DNA from: Octopus vulgaris
Lineage: Eukaryota
DNA length: 64,000 nt
Assembly (NCBI GenBank): GCA_951406725.2
Contig: OX597828.1
Location: forward strand, 66,588,001-66,652,000
Direction of reading: 5' to 3'
This document shows, one piece after another, positions 1 through 13,700 of the stretch. The notes under the pieces are model-generated. The model worked only from the letters and a program-made list of their open reading frames with translations, was not told where the DNA came from and did no database searches. Within the stretch, counting starts at the first letter, position 1; each line of letters starts with the position of its first letter. Both the position numbers and the translations under genes were made by a program.

Positions 1-595
1 TTAGGGGTGGGGGGAATCTGTTTCTTAAACGAAGGACATATTCATACGGCAGAGAATGTTTTCACCTCAATAGACGTCATTGATTAGTCGAAATTGCAGA
101 AATTGAAGAAAAACAACAACAAATATCTTACAAACTATAAAATTTTCTCAATAGAGCCAAGAGAAAAAGATGTTTTATAAACACATTCTACCAGTATACG
201 AAGTTTAAAAGTGTTTAGTTACGTGGAAATTATTTTAAAAAACTGCCGTTCAAACCGAAAAGATCCTATGTACGTACACGTGCGTGCGTGTCTTTTATGT
301 CTCTGTTTTCCCTATCCCCACTGCTTGATAACTGGTATTGGTTTGTTTATCACCCCGTAATCTAACAGTTTGGTAAAAGAAACTAACAGAATAAGTATCA
401 ATCTTTTAAAAAAATAAGTACTGAAGTTGATTTGTTTGACTAAAACTCGTCAAGGCAGTGCCCCAGCATGGCCGCAGTCCAATGACTGAAACGAATAAAT
501 GATAAAAGATCAATAATAAAGAAGACGTGATATTGTTGTTTTTGACTATGATGGTAATCATCATTGTTGTTGTTGTTGTTACTCTGACATCACTG

Positions 596-667
596 AAATT
601 AATATATTTGACAAGCTTAATAAATTAATATATTTGACAAGCTTAATAAATTAATATATTTGACAAG
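596..667. repeat. 26-bp tandem repeat, ~2.8 copies (aaattaatatatttgacaagcttaat)
   Basis: Directly visible exact repeats. Confidence 0.9.
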
Positions 668-1105
668 TTACATAAATTCAGTTGACGCTGGAGTAATTTT
701 TTTTTTCTTTTTCATTAATTTCTCATAAATCAACGTTTTTGCTACGTGTTTTAATTTCAGGTAATACTTGTCACTTTTACCAAATTACAAAACCATACTT
801 TGTCTCTAGCCACAGATAAGGTGGGGCCTACTATTCCATCACCACCACCACCACAGCAGACACCTATTAATGGGGCTTGGCTTGTAAAACCTGTCTGTGA
901 AATAAGACCTGTTTAAACCGGTGCATTTTAGTCGATATAATTCTACACGTAATGACATTTGAAATATGCAAGTCGTATGTTGAATGATATGATGAGCCAA
1001 ATGACAATTTTTTTTTTTATTTTAATTTTTTTTTTTGAGAGTGGGGATCAAGTTTTGTGCACATTTCCGTGCCAACATTCATTTTCTTTGATCAAGTTTT
1101 GTACT

Positions 1106-1557
1106 TCATCATCATCATCATCATCATTTAACGTCCGCTTTCCATGCTAGCATGGGTTGGACGATTTGACTGAGGTCTGGTGAACCAGACTCCAATCTGA
1201 GCTGGCAGAGTTTCTACAGCTGGACGCCCTTCCTAATGCCAACCACTCCAAGAGTGTAGTGGGTGCTTTTACGTGCCACTGGCACGAGGGCGAGTTTGGT
1301 GGTACTGGCAACGGCTACGCCCAAATGGTGCTTCTTATATGCCACCTGCACAGGAGCCAGTCCAGCAGCACTGGCGACGACCTCACTTGAATATTCACAT
1401 GCCACCAGCACAAGTGCTAGCAAGGCGATGTGGTAATGATCACACTCGAATGGTGTGCTTGACGTGCCATCGGCACGATGGCCACCTTGTTGCTCTGGTA
1501 ACGATCTCACTCGTATGGTACTCTTAGTGCTCTACTAGCAACGGATGCCAGTCACCG
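1106..1557 (-). mobile_element. (GAT)n-tailed interspersed repeat, 3' end of an RTE-type LINE or derived SINE. Other copies at ~21800, 22445, 23040, 29675-30012, 30650-31121, 37305, 39140-39550, 40750-41040, 51142-51327, 60930-61395 and 63945
   Basis: Shared core ggaagggcatccagctgtagaaac...ccaacccatgctagcatggaaagcggacgttaaa(tga)n. At 60930-61395 it is contiguous with an RTE ORF2 C-terminus. Confidence 0.8.
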
Positions 1558-2182
1558 AATTTATTCTTATTAACTAAATCTCTCTTAGAATTGACAGAAC
1601 AAACAGGAGACAGCTATGTAAAGAATATATTCAATGTTGCAATTTTATGCCAGAACACTGAGGCGATAAATGCAATCATTTGGCTGATATTCAGGTGTAT
1701 CCACCGACAATTAATAAATTCAATTGACTTTCAATGTGAGAATTGTTGAGAATGGCTCCCAATGATATTAGCTGAGTAAGTGAAGTAGACTGCATTGGTA
1801 GGGGAAGGTCACCATGTGTGTGTGTGGAGAGAGAGAGGTAGGTAGATATAGACAAATTGGTTGATGTATGTGTACGTGTGTGAGTGTGTAGGTCTATATG
1901 TATGCATAATTATATAATAAAAATCACAAATCTTATGGAATACAGCTACCCAGGGTTTCCTGATCAAATTATTTACTTTGCCAATTTTCAAAATGTTTAT
2001 TAACTATGTTCAAAGCAGTTGACATTTGAATGAGAATGCGAACATCAAAAAAGACGGAGAAAAACACAGGGGAGAAAATTAACCCAACAACAAACACAAC
2101 CCAGTGTCTTACACATTTCAAAATTATGTAAACCAGACTTGAAAGGTTTATGATGTGTCGAGTGGTCTTTCTTTAATTTCCA

Positions 2183-2400
2183 CTATTTTTTTAAAATGTG
2201 TACATAAAGAAAAAAAATCTTGCTCCTGGATTTTACAGTCATTGAGGTTCTTTTCCAGGAAAAATATTGAGCATCTTTTTGACATGTTAATATAGAGCTT
2301 GTCTTGGAAAGGATTTTCCATTTGATGTTGTAGTTGAAGCTTTTGTCTTTATGGTTCCCAATCAGTGCTGAGGGAGTTGTTGCTCTCCCATCTATCTGGT
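2183..2400 (-). mobile_element. Degenerate Penelope-like retroelement GIY-YIG endonuclease C-terminal relic
   Basis: ATTPSALIGNHKDKSFNYNIKWKILSK...SRSKIF..VH resembles the PLE pattern T.LS..IW.LKD....Y.IKW.IL...RSE....C.H (recognised from memory). Confidence 0.55.
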
Positions 2401-2419
2401 AATTCACTTGTCCGTGACA

Positions 2420-3490
2420 AAAACTACTCCTCCACTACTGTTCTGACCCCATCTACAGAATTCATATTTTTTCCGTTCAAATGATTTTGAAGACTGCAGA
2501 ATAAATGATAATCAGATGGGGCAATATCCGACAAATATGGTGGGTGGGGCATTGTTTTCCATTCAAACAGCTCCAGCCTTTGGAATGTCATCCTTGCTGT
2601 ATGCGGACGAGCATTATCCTGATGGAAGAACACTTTTCATCTTGAAACCAAAGATGGTCATTTTTCTTTTAGCGCTAGCTTAAGCTGCTCAAGCTACTTG
2701 CTGCAGATCTCCTTTGTTGTCGTTTGGTTTGGGTTTAAAAGTTCAAAGTGGACTAAACCTTTCATATCCCAAAAAACAGATAACAACACCTTACGTGGGT
2801 GAAGACCTTCTTTAGCCTGGGGTGCCTGTGTTTCTCCTTTCCCTACCCACCATCTTTGGTGCTTGACATTTTAATAGAAAACCCATTTCTCATCACCAGT
2901 CACTATTTGGTCCAAAAAAGCTTCATTTGCAATACGTGATAGCAAAGAAGAGCTCACATTCACTCTCTGTGCACAATTAGACTTGGAAAGTTTCTGAGAA
3001 ACCCATTGACCCAATTTGCTGACTTTTCCGATGGCACGCAAGTGACAATGAATGGTTGAATGCTAGTTCCTCAACAGTTATGATGGGATTTTGTTCCACC
3101 AGGGTTTGTAGTACGTCCTCGTCAAGCTCCATACATCTTCCAGGATGAGGCTTGTCTTCCTGGCTGTAGCTTCTGGAACCATCATTGGAATTTCTGGAAC
3201 CAGCATTGACACTGGTTATGCTTGTCATCCAATCCCCATATACACAACTTTCTGTTCCGTTGTTGCCTTTATTGAACTCATAAAACAAAATATGCCAAAT
3301 ATGCTCCTTTGTCACTTCCATTATAGCTTCCAAATATTAAAAAAAAAATAACTGTTAAAATCGAACAGCACTCTTCAAAACTTGCACTAAGAATAAGGAC
3401 AAGGTAAAATGACTAGCTGCTTTATTAGTAAATTGATGCAGGTAGTTTATCCCATCCCGCTCCGACTTTTAGTTTATGCAATCGAAACAA
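2420..3490 (-). mobile_element. Decayed mariner transposon (transposase pseudogene)
   Basis: Frameshifted fragments: MEVTKEHIWHILFYEFNKG (N-terminal HTH), a VTGDEKWV-like region, FHQDNARPHTA and HPPYLSDIAPSDYHLF (YSPDLAPSDY motif). Confidence 0.92.
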
Positions 3491-4737
3491 TCGCAATGGT
3501 TACGGGAGGATCCAAGACTAAGCTCAACAGCACATCATTGCCGGGCAATTTTTACAAAAGAATGTCTTCTATAAATTTTTGCTTACTCCATGTCAGGCCA
3601 TGCCTTCCTCAACAGATAGACCTCTTGATCAGGACAGATTTACGCAATTTTTTGCAAAAAACACCATTGAGGGGGTTTTTTTTTTTTCATTTTAAAATTA
3701 TTTACATGTCTGTTCGACTGCTTCACATGACTTTATTTATTAAAACTTATTAAAACTTCAGAAGTTCTTACAACTTAGGTTGATGTAATGCTTTGCTTTT
3801 GTTTGTTTTATAAAAATTCCTCCTTGTAATGATTTTGCTTTCATTTTCTGATGGACAGCTACCATGCAGAAAATACCAGCTTACAAATCCCGTTTTCTGA
3901 TTAGATAAAATTGATTAAACTTTAAATTGCAGCCACATTTTTCTGCAATTTTTCTGGAATAAAATAGTAAATCAATATAAGTAAATGACAGAAGGCATAG
4001 ATACATGTGTCATATCTTTTATTACATAAAATGTCTGAGATCATTCTTGCTTTCAGTTTTCAAACTTGTAAGACTCTTAAGTGACAATGCATGAACCATT
4101 TGTACTAGAAAAAGCTTACATTAGCTGAAGTAACTAATAAACATAATAATCATGGAACTTCAGTAAAAAAACAACAAAAAAATTATGAACATGAACAAAT
4201 AATGAGTTGTAATCAATAACATGAACATTTGAAAACTGCATGAAAATCTCTTGAATATGAATAGTAGCCAGGCTTTCCATTAATGGTGAACAATAAAAAA
4301 CAAAAAATGAAAAAGACTATTCACTATCTTCAAGTAAGGTAAACAACTACAAATCAAACAAGAACAATGACCAAAGTGTCTTTTGATGTAAACCAATTCT
4401 TAAACAAAATAAGGCACAATGTATTTTAAATAACTTTAAATAGGCAACTGAAGTGAATATCGTATTTTAACAACAGATGACATAATTAACAGGCTCTGGC
4501 TACAAACAGAAACGAATAGTTAAAAGTTGGTTCCAGTTTTAATAAACAAACATTAGAAGTTCCCTAATTGCTATTTACTTAGATTGAATAATACAATCAG
4601 TGAAACATCACAAATATGGCCAGTATGTTGTAAGTTGGGAATAAATTCTGTACAAAATTGTCCATCTAATCTTGCTTTCTACTCACATAAGTCAGCTTAT
4701 AGATTTTGTTTTTAATTCATACTAGCTACAAATATAT

Positions 4738-4970
4738 GTTTCTTTATTACCCACAAGGGGCTAAACATAGAGGGGACAAACAAGGACAGACAAACGAATT
4801 AAGTCGATTACATCGACCCCAGTGCATAACTGGTACTTAATTTATTGACCCTGAAAGGATGAAAGGCAAAGTTGACCGTGGCAGAATTTGAACTCAGAAC
4901 GTAATGGCAGACAAAATACAGCTACGCATTTTGCCCAGCATGCTAACGGTTCTGCCAGCTTGCCGCCCTC
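4738..4970 (-). mobile_element. tRNA-headed SINE with a Meta-like central domain. Copies at ~8845-9078, 9115-9320, 25472-25700, 33080-33312, 34195-34780, 37840-38040, 39700-39912, 56945-57530 and 63280-63510
   Basis: Head ggcgagctggcagaa...gagttcaaattcc (A/B boxes) followed by gtcgactttgcctttcatcctttcggggtcgataaa..agtacc. Confidence 0.8.
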
Positions 4971-6329
4971 ATACCAGCTACAAATATAGCCAGCCTAATT
5001 AGTTCATTTAAAGTCATCATGAAATGAACAGCAGTGAATATTGTGAATAGTTATTCAAGAACACAAGACGTTATCTATAGTATACACTGAAAACTAGGAA
5101 CCAATATTTGAGCTTAAATCAACACAAATGTAGAAATATATACAAGGAAAATTGCTGAAAGTATAAAAATAAATACATTTTTTACAACCATTAATCATAT
5201 TAACATAGATGTTGTATCTATGATTTAGTAAAATAGAATTTTGGTAACATAACAAACCAATGTTCACAGTGAGTGAATATACATACACATTTCATAATCC
5301 TTTAATACTGGAGGATACTGATGTGGATAATAACCTTAACATTACAAAGATGAAACAAACAAATAGCTTTGGAAACAATAAAAACTAACCAATCAATGAA
5401 CAGAAACAAAAAATACTGAAATTCTACAACCAAAAATACCAAAATCCATTAAAAAAACACCTCTTGAATAGAAATTGTAAGCAGTAAAGTAAGATCTACA
5501 ACAATTAAATTAAGTAGGTAATCGCTTTTATAACCAATAAATATAATCTAAGTATAATGCAAGAATTAAACAAACTTCTTCAAAATAACTGATTTCATAG
5601 AGAGAGAGAGAGAGAGAGATAAACTTAAGAAAACTTTTAACCTTTTAGCATTTAAACCAACCATATCCAATCAAAATATTCTACAAGTTTGATGTTCAAA
5701 CTGGCTAGATCTGGCTTCTCACACCAACCCTACAATATCATTCTAAAAATTACCGGTTACCTCGTCAAAATCTCAAAGCTATAAACATAATAATGCATGA
5801 CTAACACAAGACAATAAAAATAAATAAGCATTACTTTGGACAGAATAATGTAAATGCTCAACGGTCAAGGCCTCACCCCTGCAACAATCTTTCTCTTTTA
5901 AATGCTGTCAAACAGAATTTAAAACATTTTATAATATTTTAAAAATATAATGAGATATCAGAATACATTTTATTTTCTATTTTTACATTGTGAAATATCG
6001 TGGAAAACTGATGTCATTCATCTGAACATAACACTTTGAATATATTAGATAATTAACTTGCAAATTAATTACTTTTTGCTACAATTATATTTAGTTCTTT
6101 TGTTGCATTAATTTTTCCTTGTCAATTTACTTCACCAAAATTTTTTAAAATATAGAAAATTACAAATTTTAATAAATATGTTATAAATCATTTCATTACG
6201 TATATGAAATTGAGCAGTATTAAAATAATGTACATAGTGAATATAAAGAAGAACAGGTAGAAAGATAAATGTCAGGTAAAGTATAAACATCAGGATAAAT
6301 GTTGAGCAAATGAAACCATAAAGAATGTA

Positions 6330-6333
6330 TGTT

Positions 6334-6387
<54 letters not shown>

Positions 6388-6510
6388 TATGTACATACAT
6401 GTATATATATATACATATATATATAATATACATATGTATACACATATGTACATATATATATACATACATATATACATGTACATATACATACACACACACA
6501 TATATAGATA
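6330..6510. repeat. Compound (TG)n/(TA)n/(CA)n microsatellite. Similar tracts at 10250-10410, 35995-36200, 58070-58410 and 63790-63945
   Basis: Directly visible; these produce the spurious Y/I/C/V-rich ORFs. Confidence 0.95.
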
Positions 6511-6610
6511 AATTTCTGTGTGAGTTAGAGGTTGAGAAACCAACTAAGGGATAGTACCTATCCAATATACTTCTGGTAGTGTGCCCAATTTTTCATACCC
6601 AAGTGCTAGT

Positions 6611-6644
<34 letters not shown>

Positions 6645-9076
6645 AATATATATATATTAAATAATTGGTCTACTCAGTGTATAAGCTAACACATATTGTT
6701 GCTAAGTTTTGTGATAGTAAAAAAAGACAAAACAACCAATCAAGAAAGAAAACCAGTGACTTACAAGGTACGCCAACTCAGATGTGTGTGTGTGTAACGA
6801 TACATAAAAGAATGTGTATGAATAAAAAGGGATTTCTCTACATAGGAGGGAGAACAAATTCAAGAAAATAAGGAAATGTAAAAAAATATGAGGAATCAAG
6901 TTTCAATATGAAATTCAGTTGTGTACAAATGAAACTATTCGGATCTGAATAGTGGCCTTTAAAATAGGATATGGTACTAAAGAGAGGAGGAACTGCAATG
7001 AGGAATTAAGAAAATGGTTCATATGGAAGTATTTTTAAGGGTCTTTAATGGAAACTTAAAATTAAATTGGGGAAGTATTATTTTTGTGAAAATATGTGTA
7101 GGCAATATTTTTATTTTTGTTCATCTTTGTCTTGTATTATCTACTTGTTACAGGCATTAGACTGTGCCATGCTGGGGCACCAGCTTGAATAATTTCTTTT
7201 AATTGAATGAATTGACCCCCCCCCCCTCCAGCACTTATTTTTCTAAATGTGATACTTATTCTAGCAACCTCTTTTGCCAAACTGCTAAGTTATGGGGATG
7301 TAAACACACCAACACCGACTGCCAAGCAGTGGTGGAGGGAAGAAACACAGACACAGACAAACACACACAGAGGATTCTTTCAGTTTGCATCAACCAAATC
7401 CACTACCAAGGCTATAGCAGAAAACACTTGCAAAAGGTACTATGCAGTAGGACTGAACCTGGAACATGCAGTTTGGAAAGCATGCCTCTTACCATATCAC
7501 CATAACTGCACCATTTTTTTTTTTCATTTAGAATGTTTGTATTTTGCAGTTGGTTGCCTTTGCTGCTGTTGCTGTTGAGCGCAGCGGTCTTCGTCCAGTG
7601 GGAGAAGTCCAAAACGTGGTCCTTTGCTATTCGTAAGACTCGCAGAAGAGAAAGCAAGTCAACCCCGGACACCGAGAGCATCCACGGATGAATGAATGCG
7701 CATCCAGGCTCAGCAGTCATGTAGGAAGTCGGGGACAAGAAACAGTAAAAAAAGAGTGAGAGAAAGTTGGGGCAAAAGAGTACAACAGGGGTAACTATTT
7801 AAATGTGAAGTAAATGTAAAACCAGTCCTGTTTTTGGTGGGTGATGTCAGCCAAAATGAAACCGGCAATGTTATTTAACTAATGCATTGCCCTACAACTC
7901 CAGGAAGAAGCCTACATACTTGCATGTACATAACTTCTAAGCATGAGACAACAAGTTTGGGGCAGTGTAAAAGTGAACAGATCAGCAATAGTACTTAACT
8001 AATATTTAACCCTTTCATTACCACATTTATTTTGAGATGCTCTGTGTTTCTCTCAATTAATTTTAAATATAACAAAGAATTTAGTAAAATAACTTAGTTA
8101 TCATTAAGCTAGTGTTAGGAACATAAATTGTGACTAAGGTTTGGTGGAAGATTTTAATGCAGAATTTTTGAAAATAAGACATTTGTACTACAGAACCAGA
8201 GGCGGTTTCAGGCAGGTTTAATTCACGAATAAAAAGCAAATTACATGAGGCAAAACATTTTAATCAACACTAAAGTATCTACCTCAAGCTTGTGGCTGTG
8301 GGGACTTCTGATGTTCTTGGTCTCTATGCACCACTCAGGGCAGAGATGGCTATCTACAAGTGCAACCCCAGTGAATCAGGGCAGCTGTTCCAGCACACCT
8401 CCCTTGCCATAGCATCTTTTCTATTTTGTCTGCTGAGACCATGAGCCAGTCTGGATTACAGGAAATTGTACGTTCCACTTCTTAATATAAAGCAACTCCA
8501 TATAAATTGCTCTGTTAAGATCTCAGTAATAGATTAAGTTCACAACCCAATAAATCAAAGATACAGTCTATTGTTAACCTCCGTAACATTACTAACCTCA
8601 TAACTAAAAAATCATAAAGTCAAACTTTAGAACAGCCAGTTTGATGCAAGGTACGTAACTCTGCTTATTTTAAATGATTGCCACGCGCAGTTATGGATGC
8701 GTAGTGAAGCTTGCTTTACAACCACGTGGTTTTCGGTTCTTTCCCACTGAGCAAAACACCACAAGCATCTTCTGCAATAGCTACATGCTAACCAATACCT
8801 TATTAGACAGGAACTCTGTGTGTGTGTGTAATAATAATAATGTATATTTCTTTATTACCCACAAGGGCCTAAACATAGCGGGGACAAACAAGGGCAGACA
8901 AAGGGATTAAGTCGATCACATCGACCCCAGTGTGTAACTGGTACTTAATTTTATCGACCCCGAAAGGATGAAAGGCAAAGTCGACCTCGGCCGAATTTGA
9001 ACTCAGAATGTAACGGCAGACGAAATACAGCTACGCATTTCGCCCGGCGTGCTAACCATTCTGCCAGCTCACCGCC

Positions 9077-9116
<40 letters not shown>

Positions 9117-10177
9117 CCTTTCTAAAATAGGCACAAGGCCTGAAATTTTGTGGGAATGGGACTAGTCGAATACATCAACCCCGGTGTTTCACTGGTACTT
9201 AATTCATTGACTCCAAAAAGATGAAAGGCAAAGTCGACCTCAGAGGAATTTGAACTCAGAACATGAAGATGAACAAAATACTGTCAAGCATTTTGCCCTA
9301 TGTGCTAACGATTCTGCTAAAGAAACATTTATAAAAAAAAAAAAATTTTTTTTTTAAACCCTTCAAATTAATAAATTCTCCAAGGTATGAGATAACCAAA
9401 ATATTCTCAAATATGCCTATCATTAGAGAAAAACCATTTTTAATAACAATTTCAAATTTCGCAACAAAACCAGCAGTTTCAAAATAAAGATAAGTTGATC
9501 ACGTTGACCATGGTGCTTAGCTGGCATTTAATTTATCAACCCTGAAAGGCAAAGTGGACCTCAACAAAATTTGAACTCAGAATGTAAAGATGGACAAAAT
9601 GCTGCTTTGCCCAGTGTGCTAATAGTTCTACCAGCTCTAAAAAAAAATCAGTTTTAATGTCAACAATGCTATTAAAGTGTAATATGTAACTAGGGAAAAG
9701 TGTTGTGAATTGAATGCTTATGACTGAAACAGTAATGAAACAAAACTTAATCAAAATGAGTATGGATGTGTATATGGATAGCAATTCTCTGTTTGTAGTA
9801 TATGATGTGGTTTGTTACATGTATATATAATTATGTTACAAACAACTTGAGCTATATAATAGAGAAATAGCTAGAGTTATTAACACTTATATTTCTGATG
9901 TGATGCATTTTCAATATTTTCATATTTTTGATATGAAAAAATTTAATATTTAATTTTGAAATGTGAAAGGAATGGTTTTTCCCTTCCTGCTTCATCACTT
10001 TAAAACTTAACATAATAAAAATCTGTAAATAAGCACACAGGAAATTTCATTTAAGAATAGAAATTAATAGAAATTGATATGATATAAAAAAATATGCATA
10101 GTGGGTGAATTTGAGAGAAAACAACATCCTTCATTCTCCACCCAGGAAGTCAGTAAAAATATCCACCATAAATCAAT

Positions 10178-10183
10178 TTTATT
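10178..10183 (-). promoter_or_regulatory. Candidate polyadenylation signal (AATAAA) for ANKLE1
   Basis: Plus-strand tttatt about 410 nt downstream of the stop. The AT-rich context makes chance matches common. Confidence 0.3.
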
Positions 10184-10330
10184 CAACAAAAATTTTGTAC
10201 AAAGTATTTTAATTTTTAGTCACCAAAAATAAATTATTGAAAAATATATATTTATATTAAATATATATATATATATGTGTGTACACACACACATATGTAT
10301 GCATATATAATATACACGTATATGTATATT

Positions 10331-10363
<33 letters not shown>

Positions 10364-10593
10364 CTGTGTATGTATATACATACATATATGCATACATATA
10401 TATATATACAAAGGCATAATGAATTGACTGCTTATTAAAAATTTTGAGAGCTAGGTACATGACATTGTTGATAATGGCAAGAGAACAAAATGTAAATGGC
10501 AGACAGGGTACTATAAGAGAAATATGCATGGATGGCAATCATTGAATGCAGAATGTGAAAGATGTGTTGAAGAGTGGATGGAGAATGCAGGGA

Positions 10594-10766
10594 TCAACTT
10601 TTACAGTCGAGATCAATAGGAAAGATTTGACGCTCTCCTTCAGCCAGAAAAATTTGGAAAGCTTTATAAAGCCAATATGTTCCCATCCTCCGTTTTTGGG
10701 ATGCAGACCATTTTGCTGTGAGACCATAGCAAGTGCCACGCATCTTGTTTGTTAAATTAAAAAGAC
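10594..10766 (-). CDS. ANKLE1: ANKLE1 terminal coding exon (GLFNLTNKMRGTCYG...YKAFQIFLAEGERQIFPIDLDCKS*)
   Basis: ttttgcag acceptor; TGA at 10594-10596; LTN and IFLAEGERQ motifs typical of the ANKLE1 C-terminus. This frame is absent from the ORF track. Confidence 0.92.
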
Positions 10767-13700
10767 CTGCAAAAGAAAGTCAAAAGAAAAAAATTGTTAA
10801 TAATTTAGAAAAGATAGAGGGGAAATGATTTACTAATAATGAAGTTAAAATTTCTCCTCCTCTGAAACCCATTTTTGCTGACCAGGTTACACTGTTTTCC
10901 AATTTCTTTCATAAGAGTGGTTCTGTGTTAACCTTTTAGTATTCAGGTTAATTTATCAAATGTTATCCACATTTTAAAAAATTAATCTGTATTATCTTGT
11001 AGCTTCAAGATTTTGAAGTTGTGTCTGTTTATTTTTAGAATGACATTGTAAGGTTAGTGTGAGAGGCTGGAGCTGGCCAGTTTGACCCTAAACAGGTAGA
11101 CTATTTGAGCCAAACACAGCCAGTTTGAATTCTAAAGGCTTACGGTTCACTCTTCCACCATACACTTCAATCTACTTCAGCTCACTTCTACTTACATCAT
11201 CATTCTTGTTTCATGACTTGTGCTACCATCTGCACCAGGAAGCTTCCCACATCTTTAACACACACACAGAATATCCAATCATAATTCATCTGCTGTCTTA
11301 CTCCAACCATCCTAGTTTCCAATCTCATAAGAATTTCAAATGACTGCCTAATCAAGGTGACCCAGTCAGCATCAATCTAGCACAACTCCTGCTCCCTAAA
11401 CCCTCTTCTATTTCAAATAAATTAGTCAGAATTGAATTATTCTACTCAGCAATTATGCAGCATTCTTGATCTGTTCAGGAGGTCACAAAAGAAAATATAA
11501 ATACATAAATAATGGTGTTTAGTATTACCAATAGCATCTATAATGCAAGCTTCTCTGGAGTGTGCTTCATCAGAAATGACCCCTTGAAAACAATGGAGGG
11601 ATATCACCCCTTGTTCATCATTCCAAATGTCAATAATGTGTGATAACTTTTCATCATTCTGAAAAAACAAAAATAGAGTTAAACATAAAATATTTCATCT
11701 TAATGTAACAAGTACTCAAGTTCTGAACAAAAATCTGGTAAAAAGCAAACCTTTTGAGATGGGAGGGGAAAACCTAATTAAACTAGAAAACCACTCGGAG
11801 AGCGCAGACCTCTGCCAAGCAGCTCATTTCCACCCATATACACACATGCTGAAAATCGCCCAATTTCCCAAACCAACGCCAGCAAAAACATAACCTCCTC
11901 CCATACTTATCTCGATCACCATCATCATCAACACTCTCTGCTTTCACCACAATCATCGTCAAAATTACGATCACCACAATCAGTTTCTTTACATAGTTGA
12001 AAATCCATTATCCGATACTCATGGGACTGGGATTGTTCAGATTTTTGATTTTTCTAATTTCGGAGTTTTTTTTATTAAAAAAAAAATTGCATCTACAAAA
12101 TGGAACAGTTTGAGGATAGAAACCAGGTCTAAACACAATAGCTTATAGACATACTCTGAATGTAGTTCTATATAAATCTTTAATAATTTCTTTTATACTT
12201 AAAACCATCAGAAATGTTAAGATATCAGCCTCTACCCATGTTGTCATGCTTTGATTAAAAGGTCACAGCATAGATTAGATTACTTAGATAAGTTTCAGCC
12301 GAAGTTGACTCAGGCCATGTCTAATTTAATAGCACCACCTGGAAGAGATACACAGTCAGCTCTGGGGAACCGTAGCCCATTCAAGCAGAGGGTTATTGTT
12401 TTTAGAGACATATCTGGGTGTGGATGGTTTATCTGGTATTTGTTGGGGGTAATCATCTAGGGATCGTTTGAATGCTGTGAAGTCCCTTTCCTCCTTTATG
12501 TGTGTCTGGCACGATGCTGAAGAAAGCAGGGCCAATTAAGTTGAAATAGTTCTGTCATAGTGTTGTGATACGACATGAACATTTCTGGAGTGGACGGATG
12601 GCACAGGGGCCAAGCCTCAGATGAGCTTTAAAAATGGGCAATGTTGATGGAATATTTTCCACATCATACAGATGATATAGAGCTCACAGTTGCGGTGGAG
12701 GGAGCAAAGCCTGAGATTTTTGAGTCGATTCCAATAGTCAAGGCTTGTCATGTCGTCCTTCACCAAGCAGTTTATTTTAAGATAGATATGCGAGTAAAAT
12801 TACTAACAGAGAAACGAAAATAAACTTTGGAAACAGCAACGCCACCATAGGTTACGTGGAAACGATGAACGGGTTTTCAAGGGAGACAATCAAAGAACAT
12901 GACATTGTAATATTTCATGTAAAGTAAATATAACAAATGAAAAATCCTTCAAGAATTCATAAAAATTTCATCATCTGTTCCTTGTGTCATTACCAACTTT
13001 TCCTGCAAGTTTCATCAAATACCGTTCACAACTTTTTGAGTTATTTTGCACACAGACGGACAAATCAAACAAATCCCTCCATTTCTGTTGCTTGAAATTA
13101 TTTCATTATACTTTATTAGAGGAAGACAAGAGATGTCAAAGATGGCAAAGAAAAGTAGAGCAATGAACTGAGGTACTCTACAGTATTTATTTAGTTCTGG
13201 CTCTCTCAACTCTAATTTCAAATCTCAACTGAGGTTGGCTCTGTTCTGTGTAGTCAATAAATTAGCAGTAATATGGTGGGGTCACTGATTCAGCTTGAAT
13301 ATACTACCAAGATATGGGCAGACACAGCAACATTTCACTTCCCTTCTTCTTTGGCTTAGTTCCAATATAAGAAAGCAATGCTACAGGAAGAAGGAGAGAA
13401 AGAGAGAGAGAAGCTTACCTTAGTTTCCTTGCTGTTGAGACGTTTCATAGCTTCATACAAGTGACTGTAAGGACGATCACGTGTACCTTTGCCAACATAA
13501 AATATGGCATATACAAAATTACGGAACAGTTCAGATTTATCTCCTGAAAACAAAAAATAAAATAAAAATAAAAAAAAATAAACAAGCAAGTCTATGGATC
13601 AACCTTCATTACTTCATCCATGTTTTCCTAAGTTCTCTCTTGTCCACAAGTTCCATCCACTTTAAGTAATCGGCACTTCTTCATACCGATATCCACATCC

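Noticed and set aside
6132-6565. Cluster of Y/I/C/V/H/T-rich ORFs (also at 10220-10538, 58061-58492 and 63732-63984)
   Set aside because: Translations of (TA)n/(TG)n microsatellites.
10539-10755. ORF-track ORFs over the last ANKLE1 exon
   Set aside because: Wrong frame or strand; the conserved frame starts at the acceptor at 10766.
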